A DNA stretch of 64,000 bases, taken from assembly GCA_002269645.1 (NCBI GenBank), contig NIVC01000461.1, positions 434,001-498,000 on the forward strand, read 5' to 3'. The stretch comes from Macrostomum lignano (taxonomy: Eukaryota). The notes under the pieces were generated by a model. The model did no database searches and was not told where the DNA came from. It saw nothing but the letters and a program-made list of their open reading frames with translations. A program made the position numbers and the translations under genes. The number at the start of each line of letters is the position of its first letter. The first letter of the stretch is position 1. Of the stretch, positions 12,992 to 24,328 are shown piece after piece.

Positions 12992-14236
12992 ATAGTCAAC
13001 TTTAGTTATATAGATTAGCATTAGTATAAGTGTTATTATTAGTTATATTTAACTTGTAGTAGGGCCTAGCATGGACAGAACTGATAAGGTAAATCATTAA
13101 AATTTCAATTAATGAATTAGAGATAAAAAAGATTGATTTCAATTCTTTGACATTTGATCAAGATTTGAAATTAGATTTAAGATAACATGCACATGTTTGA
13201 AAAATTACTAATAAAACCATGTACATGAAGCATGATCATCAGATCATATCTATTATAAACTGAATTGGCTTGTAACTGTATGCAGTATCTAAGTTGCACA
13301 ACTAATACAATTATTAATATAGATCTAATAATTAACATTGACATCAATTAACATTGATACAACAAAATAATTTGATTTTGTACAAAATGACATACTTACA
13401 ACATAGAAAAAATAACCAATTTAAGCCAAAAATTATGAAAAAGGCTAAAAAAACGGACAATTATGCCATAATTAATCATTTTTTTGATCCGATTTTCATT
13501 TTAAAAAAAAACGACATAAAATTGATATCTTGATGTTGTTTTGACGTTGTTTTGATGTACCCTTTCCCAGTGGGAAGGGTCTTGGAGTGTGTGATTTCTA
13601 CTATAAACATAGACCAATTGCACATTGAGAAATTCACTGCACTTTGGGTCCCAAGAAAGCAAGGCTTGTCATATGACTAGCTCACATAACAAGGGAAAAG
13701 GGCCTACTAGTGAAGTTAGTAGTAACCTTGAGACCAGAAAATAGTGAACCATTAGTGCACCCTTTAAAGAGGTAAATATATATAGCTTCTATTAGCAAAT
13801 TGACCATTTATAGTTATATTGCAATTACCAACTAGAAAACTTATTATTTAATAGACAAAGTTATTTCAATAGACAAAGCCTGTTCTAACAATAGGATATT
13901 GTTATAGTCATTCATTTTGAAATATTATATTGATGGTAATAAAGTCTAGGTTTGTCTATCTTTAACTAATATTTAAATGCAAATGGGAACTAATTGTTGC
14001 TTATAGGATATCTTCAAACCTAAAAATATATTTAAGAATTAAGTCATTTTCAATCAGCTAGAAGGCTATCTGTAATGGTGATGTACAATTGTGTAATTTT
14101 TGGGAGACCAATTTCATGGAGAAGTGCACCAAATAAAATAAAAATATCATTTTTTCATCACATAATCAATGATTGCATTTGATATGTGGCAGAGGCGATT
14201 ACCACTTGTTTAATTGCAGCATGTTACTTCTTTATA

Positions 14237-15009
14237 CGAGGGGTGTCCCAAAAGTAGTGTTACTTTTTACTATATATCTCGTTCTGCTGATCCAAATAAC
14301 ATCATTTTGTACAGATTTATAGCAGAAACCTTCTTCTTTATATTAACTGTAACATTATTAAAAACAGACAATGAAAACAAAAGTTATGAACTAAAATGTA
14401 GCAAGAACTTGACAATAGACTTACAGTAAGTAAGCAATTTAACAAAATTTCGAAGTGGTAGCTCACAAACAGGTAACTGGCTATAGTGAATGCTGCAAAA
14501 TGACTGCAGTGAATGACTGCGATAGACCCATGAGCCGATGAAAGTTGAGCATGGATCTCGGCTCAACTGTGCCCCATCCCCCAAAGGTGTATATCACACT
14601 CCTCTGAGCAACACTTGAATGCACATCCCTGACTTTTAAGTTTTAGCGCAGCAAAAGGAGGGAACAAAAAGCAATAAAGCTGAAGCCCAGTCTGAAATAT
14701 TCTGTTGCTTTAAAAGCTATAGCTTCTCCATTTTTTCCATAGATATCTCTGTCACAGCAGCCTAACAAAGAGGTCTGAGTGCATCAATCAAAAGTACTTT
14801 CGCTACTTTCCGCTAGCTTGTCGAATTCTATGGTCGAGGTCCTGCTACATTTTAGTTTATAACTTTTGTTTCCATTGTCTGTTTTTAATGATGTTAAAGT
14901 TAATATAAAGAAGAGAGTTGCCGCTATAAATCTGTGAAAAATGATGTTATTTGGATCAGCAGAACGAGAGATATAGAGAAAAGTAACACTACTTTTGGGA
15001 CACCCCTCG
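14237..15009. mobile_element. Mariner-type MITE with ~180-bp TIRs
   Basis: TA flanks at 14235-14236 and 15010-15011. Termini CGAGGGGTGTCCCAAAAGTAGTGTTAC...GTAACACTACTTTTGGGACACCCCTCG. Inverted match ~14237-14420 vs ~14826-15009. No recognisable transposase. Confidence 0.85.
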
Positions 15010-15514
15010 TATATTTATATTGCTATATAGTAAATTTCATAAGTCCAAAGTTGTATACACTAACACTGTGTATTGTAGGAACTAATATGCATTGAAGTGG
15101 AATCAATAATAATTGATTACAATTATGGCTTAGGAGTACCTGCAAGCAATATTCTTATTACAAATTCTCGATTCAAGAATGAACAAAACAAAAAGTTAAG
15201 CATCTATGAAATTGGCCTCTTAAAAAACTGATACGATCTTTATAAACTTTATGTTTTGCTATACTAAATGATTATAAAATGACCAATACTTTCAATGAAA
15301 TATCGATTATTACGAAAAAAACAAGTTTCACTTTGTTAAAGTGAAATTGGAATTACCACTGCTGAGTCCGCTTTGCCCCAGACGGGAGCAGCAAAGCGAA
15401 GCGGCCTCCAGTGCCGTTTCGCCGGTCAAGCAGCAGCGCGCCGCTGTCAGGCCCTGGTAGATTAAAGAGCGCAGTTGCTAACTCTAGGCTATTTTAAATA
15501 AGCCTAGGGCGGGC

Positions 15515-18500
15515 ATGTCAGCCACGGACCAGTCAGGCACCGCGGTTGTCGAGGCCGCGAAGCCGTTAGCCACACATTGCCGGCACGTGCAGAATTTGAT
15601 TAACCTGACAGTTGACAAAGAGCTGATCCCGCTGCGCCGGCTCTGCTCGCAGATGGGCCAGGCCCGGGCCCCGCCCGCCGAGTGTCAGCAGGCCGAGGCC
15701 AAGCTGTGCGCATTCTACGCCGATCAACTGTGCGCCCTGAGCCGGATGCCGCCGGAGGAGGCCGCCGAGGTGCGCCAGTCCTGCGCTATACCGAAGACTG
15801 ACCAGTGGCTGATGCACGTTGTTGAATTGGAGGAGCGAGCGGTGCTGCAGGTTTGTGTTTTATACCTGATTAGTGTCACTCATACTGGTCACTCTGGTCA
15901 GTCATACTGGTCACTCTGGTCAATCATACTGGTCACTCGGGTCAGTCATACTGGTCACTCGGGTCAGTCATACTGGTCACACGGGTCAGTCATACTGGTC
16001 ACTCTGGTCAATCATACTGGTCACTCGGGTCAATCATACTGGTCACTCTGGTCAATCATACTGGTCACTCGGGTCAGTCATACTGGTCACTCGGGTCAGT
16101 CATACTGGTCACTCTGGTCAATCATACTGGTCACTCGGGTCAGTCATACTGGTCACTCTGGTCAATCATACTGGTCACTCGGGTCAGTCATACTGGTCAC
16201 ACGGGTCAGTCATACTGGTCACTCTGGTCAATCATACTGGTCACTCGGGTCAGTCATACTGGTCACTCTGGTCAATCATACTGGTCACTCGGGTCAGTCA
16301 TACTGGTCACTCGGGTCAGTCATACTTGTCACTCTGGTCAATCATACTGGTCACTCGGGTCAGTCATACTGGTCACTCTGGTCAATCATACTGGTCACTC
16401 GGGTCAGTCATACTGGTCACACGGGTCAGTCATACTGGTCACTCTGGTCAATCATACTGGTCACTCGGGTCAGTCATACTGGTCACTCTGGTCAATCATA
16501 CTGGTCACTCGGGTCAGTCATACTGGTCACTCGGGTCAGTCATACTTGTCACTCTGGTCAATCATACTGGTCACTCGGGTCAGTCATACTGGTCACTCTG
16601 GTCAATCATACTGGTCACTCGGGTCAGTCATACTGGTCACTCGGGTCAGTCATACTGGTCACTCGGGTCAGTCATACTGGTCACACGGGTCAGTCATACT
16701 GGTCACTCGGGTCAGTCATACTGGTCACTCGGGTCAGTCATACTGGTCACTCGGGTCAGTCATACTGGTCACTCGGGTGAGCCATACTAGTCACTCGGGT
16801 CACTCAGAATAGTCACTCAGTTCACTCATTTCTGATCACTAACGCCATTCATGCTAATCACTCTAGTCGCAAAGCCATCGTCACCAAACCGCGCACCCGC
16901 ACAGGTGGTCCGGAACTGGACCCTGCTCGAGCTAGTCCGGCTAGAGAAGCCGCGCCTGCTGGAGCTGCTGGCCGAGTTGCACACGCCCGAGACCACAGTT
17001 GAACGCTGCGTCCGCTGCTATCAGCTTGTGCAGCAGTACTATCACCAGTTCCTTGAGGCGCCAGACACTCTAGTTGAAGTCGCCTATCCTTCCGTGGCCA
17101 GTCCCTGCTCAACCAGTCCCGCCACTCCGCCTCAGGCCGACCAGCTAATGGAAGGCACACCAGATGACTCGGACGTTGGCGCAGGCATTGGCAGTGGCGG
17201 CGGCGGCGGCACCGGCACCAGTGGTGGCTCAGCTGAAGCAGATTCCGTCGCTGCCGCCTCGCTGTTGGCATTCGGCGCTGGCGCCGATTCAACTGGCGGC
17301 GGCGGCAGCGTCCGCGCCAACGCTGTCGACTCGCCATTGCGCCGCAGTCCCGAGGGCGGCGTCTCCACGTCGGCGTCAGTGAACAGCGGCTCGCTGCCGG
17401 CCACGCCAGGCCCAGCTGGGCCGCAGCAGGCAAACAGGTCGCTGAGCGGCACTCCGCCGCCAGCCAGCCCGCGCCTGCCGCCGTTCAACATAGTGCACAC
17501 CAACTATCCGGCGCCTATGACTCGCAGCTCCTCAGTTGAGTCCAACATTCAGAACTATGTTAGCCGAAGCGCACAGCATAGGCAGAGGAAATCGACGTCG
17601 GATTTTCCCGAGCAGCAGGTTGTCGGTGAGTCGGCTGGCGTCGCCTACGGCCACAAATGGGACACCAATAAGCTGTTTAACATTGGCGCCAAGTGCTGCG
17701 TCTGCTCCGAGCGAATTCTCAACCATCTGCGCCGGTGCGTCCACTGCAACAAGCGGTGCCACAAGCGCTGCACCAGCAACGCAGGAGCCTGCAGCTATCA
17801 CCTGGCCAAGGATCCCAGGGGCCAGCGGGATATCGTTGTTACGTCCTCGACTGCTGCAGCCGCAGCCGCCGCCGCAGCAGCGGCCTCTGCCGGCGTCGCT
17901 CGTGGGGGCGCCGATTCGAGCTCGAATCCCAGCTCGTCGAACACGCCGTCGACGCCGCGCTCGCCAAGCCAGCTGGCTGGCGGAGGCGGCGGCGGAGGCG
18001 GCCACTCTCCGCAGGCGCCTCCTTCCGTGACTAAAGGAGGTGGAGGCGGCGGGTTCGTTTTCACTTTCCCGCCCAAGTTCAGCGGCAGCGGCGGTGGCGG
18101 TGGCGGCGGCGCCCCCGCGAAGATCCAGATCATGCCGGACGAAGAGAGCTGGAGCAGCAGCTTCGGGCCGGAGGTGTCCGGCGACTATACCGACGGTACA
18201 GCGGCGGGCGATCTAGTGAAGAAATGGGAGATCCCCTTCGACGAGCTGGTGATCCGGGAGCTTCTGGGAACCGGCAATTTCTGCAGCGTACACCGCGGTC
18301 AGTGGCACGGCGAGGTGGCGGTGAAATTTCTGCGCAAACCGCGCGACACTGCCTCGGCCGAGTTCGACGAAGAGGCCGGCCGGGCCGTCCTGCAGACCTT
18401 CAAGCTGGACGTGAAGAAGGCCGCCCTGACCCGGCACGAGAATCTGGCCCTGTTCCTTGGCGCCTGTCTGGATCCCAAGAATCTGTGCATTGTAACGGCT

Positions 18501-21067
18501 CTGTGCAAAGGCCACAGTCTGTACCATGAGCTGCGGGAACAGCCAACAAGTCAGGCAAGGTTCACTGTCACCAGGTGCGTAGCGGTGGCCCAGCAGATTG
18601 TGCAGGGCATGGGCTACCTGCACGCCCGGGACATTGTGCACGCCGATCTGCGTTCCAAGAATGTATTCATCGAGTTCATGTCTAACAATGCCGTGAAAGC
18701 TGTAATCACGGACTATGCGCTGTTTAATTGGACTCGAATGGCCGAGGCAACTCGCAAGGGCCCGGCCTGTCTGCAGGTGCCACCTGGCTGGCTCTGCTAC
18801 CTGGCACCGGAGCTGCTGCGCTGTCTGCAGGGCGGCATGAAGACCATGCACTTCTCTAAGGAGACTGACGTGTTCGCGTTTGGGTAAGCGATTGAAAGCA
18901 CTGTTACTGGGTCAGCCAGTGTTTTACTGGGTCAGCCAGTGTCACTGGGTCAGCCAGTGTATTACTGGGTCAGCCAGTATGTTACTGGGTCAGTCAGGTG
19001 ATTATATGGGTCAGCCAGTGTGTTACTGGGTCAGTCGGTGTGTCACTGGGTCAGTCAGTGTGTTACTGGGTCAACCAGTGTGTTACTGGGTCAGTCAGTG
19101 TGTTCTGGGTCAGTCAGTGTGTTACTGGGTCAGTCAGGTGATTATATGGGTCAGTCAGTGTGTCACTGGGTCAGTCAGTGTGTTACTGGGTCAACCAGTG
19201 TGTTACTGGGTCAGTCAGTGTGTTCTGGGTCAGTCAGTGTGTTACTGGGTCAGTCAGGTGATTATATGGGTCAGTCAGTGTGTCACTGGGTCAGCCAGTG
19301 TGTTACTGGGTCAGTCAGGTGATTATATGGGTCAGTGTGTTACTGAGTCATAAAATGAGTCAACCATGTGACGGATGTGAGTAGATAGTTTCTCTAAGTT
19401 ATTAGATGAATTATCCAGGTATATGGATCTAAGTTACCCAGGAGTATAGATCAGGTTATCCAGGAGTATAGATCAGGTTATCCATGAGTATAGATCAGGT
19501 TATCCATGAGTATAGATCAGGTTATCCATGAGTATAGATCAGGTTATCCATGAGTATAGATCAGGTTATCCATGAGTATAGATCAGGTTATCCATGAGTA
19601 TAGATCAGGTTATCCATGAGTATAGATCAGGTTATCCATGAGTATATAGATCAGGTTATCCATGAGTATATAGATCAGGTTATCCATGAGTATATAGATC
19701 AGGTTATCCATGAGTATAGATCAGGTTACCGGGGTGATATAGATCAGGTTATCCATGAGTATAGATCAGGTTGCCGGGGTGATATAGATCAGGTTATCCA
19801 TGAGTATAGATCAGGTTATCCATGAGTATAGATCAGGTTATCCATGAGTATATAGATCAGGTTATCCATGAGTATAGTTCAGATTATCCAGGAGTATAGA
19901 TCAGGTTATCCATGAGTATATAGATCAGGTTATCCATGAGTATAGATCAGGTTACCGGGGTGATATAGATCAGGTTATCCATGAGTATAGATCAGGTTGC
20001 CGGGGTGATATAGATCAGGTTATCCATGAGTATAGATCAGGTTATCCATGAGTATAGATCAGGTTATCCATGAGTATAGTTCAGATTATCCAGGAGTATA
20101 GATCAGGTTATCCATGAGTATAGTTCAGATTATCCAGGAGTATAGATCAGGTTATCCATGAGTATAGATCAGGTTATCCATGAGTATAGATCAGGTTGCC
20201 GGGGTGATATAGATCAGGTTATCCATGAGTATAGATCAGGTTGCCGGGGTGATATAGATCAGGTTATCCATGAGTATAGATCAGGTTGCCGGGGTGATAT
20301 AGATCAGGTTATCCATGAGTATAGATCAGGTTATCCATGAGTATAGATCAGGTTATCCATGAGTATAGTTCAGATTATCCAGGAGTATAGATCAGGTTAT
20401 CCATGAGTATAGTTCAGATTATCCAGGAGTATAGATCAGGTTATCCATGAGTATAGTTCAGATTATCCAGGAGTATAGATCAGGTTATCCATGAGTATAG
20501 ATCAGGTTATCCATGAGTATAGATCAGGTTGCCGGGGTGATATAGATCAGGTTATCCATGAGTATAGATCAGGTTACCGGGGTGATAGATCAGGTTACCC
20601 AGGTGTATAGATCAGGTTTCCCAAGTGATTAGATCTGATGATTCGATTAGTCAGCACAGCAATTAGACGGGAACAAACAGTTGTTACTAATCCCTGTTAA
20701 CTTCAGCACCCTATGGTACGAGCTGATGACCAAGCAGTGGCCCTACAAACGCCTGGCTGTCGAAGCAATCATCTGGAAAGGTGGCAATGGAATCATGCAG
20801 AGCCTTGGAGACATCGGCCTGCCGTCCAACTACAAGGTGAGTCTCATCATTGTCCGCGCATAATCAAAACGCCCAAGAAGTGCATTAAAACACATTAATC
20901 AAAACCCGACCCAAATACAGGAAATCGTGCTCAAGTGTTGGACCTTCGAGAAGACCCAACGGCCGCAGTTCGCCGACCTATTCAAGCTGATTAACAATTT
21001 GCCAAAAATTGGCCGCAGTCCGAGCTTTCCTGTGCGCTTCTCAAAGAGCCACGACAACTTGGCGTAG
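15515..21067 (+). CDS. ksr: Kinase suppressor of Ras (KSR) scaffold pseudokinase
   Basis: Exons 15515-15850, 16905-18883, 20707-20836 and 20921-21067, all GT-AG with consistent phases (0, 2, 0). Features: CA1 coiled-coil/SAM-like N-terminus (CRHVQNLINLT...EAKLCAFYADQL), C1 zinc finger (HKW...C..C...C..C...H..C...C), FTFP ERK-docking motif, and a kinase domain with TRHENL, HADLRSKN and WLCYLAPE. The C-terminal RSPSFP...KSHD resembles the KSR tail. Confidence 0.92.
15876..16800. repeat. Minisatellite, 22-bp unit GTCAGTCATACTGGTCACTC(G/T)G, KSR intron 1
   Basis: Direct inspection; lies between the donor at 15851 and the acceptor at 16904. Confidence 0.95.
18900..19345. repeat. Minisatellite, ~18-bp unit GTGTTACTGGGTCAGTCA, KSR intron 2
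   Basis: Direct inspection. Confidence 0.9.
19425..20620. repeat. Minisatellite, 22-bp unit GAGTATAGATCAGGTTATCCAT, KSR intron 2
   Basis: Direct inspection. Confidence 0.95.
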
Positions 21068-21495
21068 GAATTCCAGAAGTTATAATTAAATTTAAGGCTA
21101 GCGTTAGTGCTGCCGTGTTTATTAGAATTCTATAATATGTGGAGTTATTGCAATTGCTGTCCTTTTTTATTTTGACTTAATTCTACTAGCTTTTAGTAAT
21201 TGTCTCTGTCTCCATGGACTCGCTGTTGTGTACAATATTAATTAATATTAAACAGACATGCTATTTCTGACTTCATTGTATTGCGTAAAATTTATTTATT
21301 AATACCGTATGCGCCTGTTCACCTGATCGACGACTGCAGGTGTGAATGTTATTAGCCTTTTCAGAATTAGCCAATGATATAAAATCAAAATAAATAGACA
21401 ATATGCGCTACTTAACAGACAGTAGTTTGAAAGCATATTATGCCAGACCCCAATTCTGCAGTCGACTGCCTGACTCCGCTTGTCTTTAGCACAGA

Positions 21496-21928
21496 TACTA
21501 GAATAACTAGATGGGCCACTCAGCACATTTGCGTGTTAAGCTACTTTCAGCTCAGTAGCAATTTAAACAGAAGCATTTAAGTGTGTTTTAAAGCGAAAGC
21601 TCATTTATTGGCTCTTACCCCCAGCTTAAACTCTCCAACCGCGCTTTTCCACACTACCCCCCCCCTCCGCCTCGCCCCAATTTTTATAGCCTTTCTCGGA
21701 ATTCCAGCCTAAAGCTGCCATGTACATTTCAGTGGACTGGCTAATGTACATTATTGCTGAACCAATTAGCAAGCTGTTTACGCCTGCAAGCTTGGGCTTC
21801 TAAACTTATCAGTCATTTCAGCTGCCTTGATTTTTATAAAATAGCTTATGTATTCTTCTTTGCTACTGAACTGAAAGTAGAAAGCTGTTTTACTAAGTAT
21901 ATGTGCCTGAGTGGCCCATCTAGCTATT
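21496..21928. mobile_element. MITE-like element with imperfect terminal inverted repeats, downstream of the KSR stop
   Basis: Left end AATAACTAGATGGGCCACTCAGCAC...CTACTTTCAGCTCAGTAGCA; right end TGCTACTGAACTGAAAGTAG...TGAGTGGCCCATCTAGCTATT. A second, inverted copy lies at 48619-48900. Confidence 0.7.
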
Positions 21929-22832
21929 TCTCTTTTAGTTGGTCTTTAGTAGGCCACTACTGCTGCTGGATTTTATAGTACATTTACGTATCTTTACTGA
22001 CGTTGTTTATATGTAAGTTTTTATTGCTTGGATTCATTGCTAAAGCTGTTAATTTCTTAATTGATTGTTGCGATTGAGTACTTTTTTTCAAAGCAGTCTA
22101 CCCAGTCTGCACTTTTACAAAACGAACTTATTTCAAGCTATTAGCACAATATTTTTGAATGAATTACTCTGCATTCAATAGGTGATTGATAGCCAAAATT
22201 AGACATTACACTGATCCCCTCTGACTCTCGCACTAATCCAGTAAGTTCCTAGTTAAAATGATCTGCTTAGCAACTCTCTCCTGTGATTCATTTATTTGTG
22301 TTGCCTCGAGTCTGTCTTTGGTCCTGTTTTGCTACTGTTGTTCCTGTTATATAGTCGGGAGATTGTATGATGTATAGTTTTCGTAATCGGCCATCTGTTC
22401 CGCGCAATTTTATTGTTATCCAGCCCCGTGTTTGTTTATTGTCTTGGATTATATTGTGTGTGTCTGTTTTTTTTTGCGCACGCCTTTGCGCTTGTACTTA
22501 GAACGCAAGCGCTTTGTACTTTTATAAAGCTGTCCGAAATTCCACCCACAACGATGCTGTCTCATATTTAGAAGCGCTACCTACATGTATGTGTGACAAT
22601 TGCTATCTTCTCAATTGTCTAGGTTTTTTCCTTCTGTTCTTTTTTGCGAGTTCGTTGTCAAAAAATCAGTACGCGTCGACTTACGCTACTCTCAGTTCTG
22701 CGAGCAGTAAAACACACACCGTGTTGTCTTTTTATTCTTATATGTATATTCTACAACTCAGCGCGTTTCGGATCCTCATTTTTACTATTGGATTTGGTAT
22801 TGTGCCTCCATTAACTTTCTCAGCGCAGCGTG

Positions 22833-22900
22833 TTTGTCTGTCCGTCTACCTGTCTGTCTGTCTGTCTGTCTGCCTGTCTGTCTGTCTGTGCCTGTCTGTC
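22833..22900. repeat. (CTGT)n microsatellite
   Basis: Direct inspection. Confidence 0.9.
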
Positions 22901-23199
22901 ATTCCTGTGTTTCATTCGAGCCCTGCACGCATCGCTCTTCTTGCTAATGGCACTTTATATTAAAAGCTGGACAAACGCTGATCCAAATCAATTCTTTCTT
23001 ATTTTGTTGGTGTCCCGTAATTCTGTATTATCAGTACCAAATTAAAATCGATTCGGTTTGAGTCTTATTGAGCCTTTATTTCTTAAATCAGTTCAATGCC
23101 AGTCGGTCTTACGCTAGAATGAAAAGGCAATAAATACTCGAAATATTGTCTAATTGGGTGAATTAAATAGAGCAAGTGTAAGTGGTTCTATCAGGGTCG

Positions 23200-23785
23200 T
23201 GAGGTGGTTGCAGTGCACAGCTGGCTGGGCCAGTGAGTGAGGTGGTTGCAGTGCACAGCTGGCTGGGCCAGGGAGTGAGGTGGTTGGAGTGCACAGCTGG
23301 CTGGGCCAGGGAGTGAGGTGGTTGCAGTGTACAGCTGGCTGGGCCAGGGAGTAAGGTGGTTGCAGTGCACAGCTGGCTGGGCCAGGGAGTGAGGTGGTTG
23401 GAGTGCACAGCTGGCTGGGCCAGGGAGTGAGGTGGTTGCAGTGTACAGCTGGCTGGGCCAGGGAGTGAGGTGGTTGCAGTGTACAGCTGGCTGGGCCAGG
23501 GAGTGAGGTGGTTGCAGTGTACAGCTGGCTGGGCCAGGGAGTGAGGTGGTTGCAGTGTCCATCTGACTAAGGTAGGGGGTAAGGTCATTGCTGCCAATAT
23601 AACATCTGGCTGAGGCAGGGAGTGAGGTGGTTGCAGTGTACAGCTGGCTGGGCCAGGGAGTGAGGTGGTTGCAGTGTACAGCTGGCTGGGCCAGGGAGGG
23701 AGGTGGTTGCAGTGTCCATCTGACTAAGGTAGGGGGTAAGGTCATTGCTGCCAATATAACATCTGGCTGAGGCAGGGAGTGAGGT
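23200..23785. repeat. Minisatellite, 38-bp unit GGGAGTGAGGTGGTTGCAGTGTACAGCTGGCTGGGCCA, between the convergent KSR and PKG 3' ends
   Basis: Direct inspection. Confidence 0.92.
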
Positions 23786-24328
23786 TTGGCTGCAGTGTGT
23801 CATCGTAAAGCAGGAAGCAATGGGACGGCAGAGACACGAACGGCAGAACATGGCACGCTATTATTTATTGAATAAAACGAGATCAAACAGCCTTATGAGA
23901 TTGCTATATGTTAGGCGCAGTGTTACTGTTTAGCAATTTATTTATTAAGAACGGATATGCCGTACAGGTGTGTTTGCAGTAATCGATTTACATAAAATTA
24001 CTGCCAGCTAGCAGTTGCAGTTTGCCTCGATAGGTAGATTGCAGTCTATTACGAGTATTACATCTGTGAAAAATGAATTGCTAGTGCGTTAAATTCGTTT
24101 TGCAAAGCTTTCTTAAACTTCATAAAGTTCCCGTGTTTAAAAAAACATTCGAAACGCGCCTTGATAAAAAAGACATCTCTGAATGAATATTTGCCAACTG
24201 GTGCGATTTTATATCGTTTTAAATTTGCTAATGCTATAAGATTGGCTGGCATTACACGAATGATGCACACGTACTGTTTGCTTGATTATATGGTTTTGCA
24301 GTCCACTGCCGCTAGCCCTCCGAGCTCA

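Larger units (their letters stand above)
11139..13015 (+). mobile_element. Probable DINE-1/HINE-like element containing an internal minisatellite
   Basis: Starts ACTAGCAGGTTGACCC..., contains the internal 24-bp array and a (CAGA)n microsatellite near the 3' end, and terminates TTATATAGAT. This layout is typical of Helentron-associated interspersed elements. Boundaries are inferred. Confidence 0.45.

Noticed and set aside
15515-16790. 421-aa, 305-aa and 88-aa ORFs with HTGHSGQSYWSL repeats
   Set aside because: Only 15515-15850 is coding (KSR exon 1). The rest is read-through of the 22-bp intronic array after a GT donor.
16858-18851. Several antisense and alternative-frame ORFs over KSR exon 2
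   Set aside because: These are shadows of a GC-rich coding exon and have no independent domain signal.
18880-20340. Repetitive ORFs (LLGQSVC..., IDQVIHEY...)
   Set aside because: Translations of intronic minisatellites.
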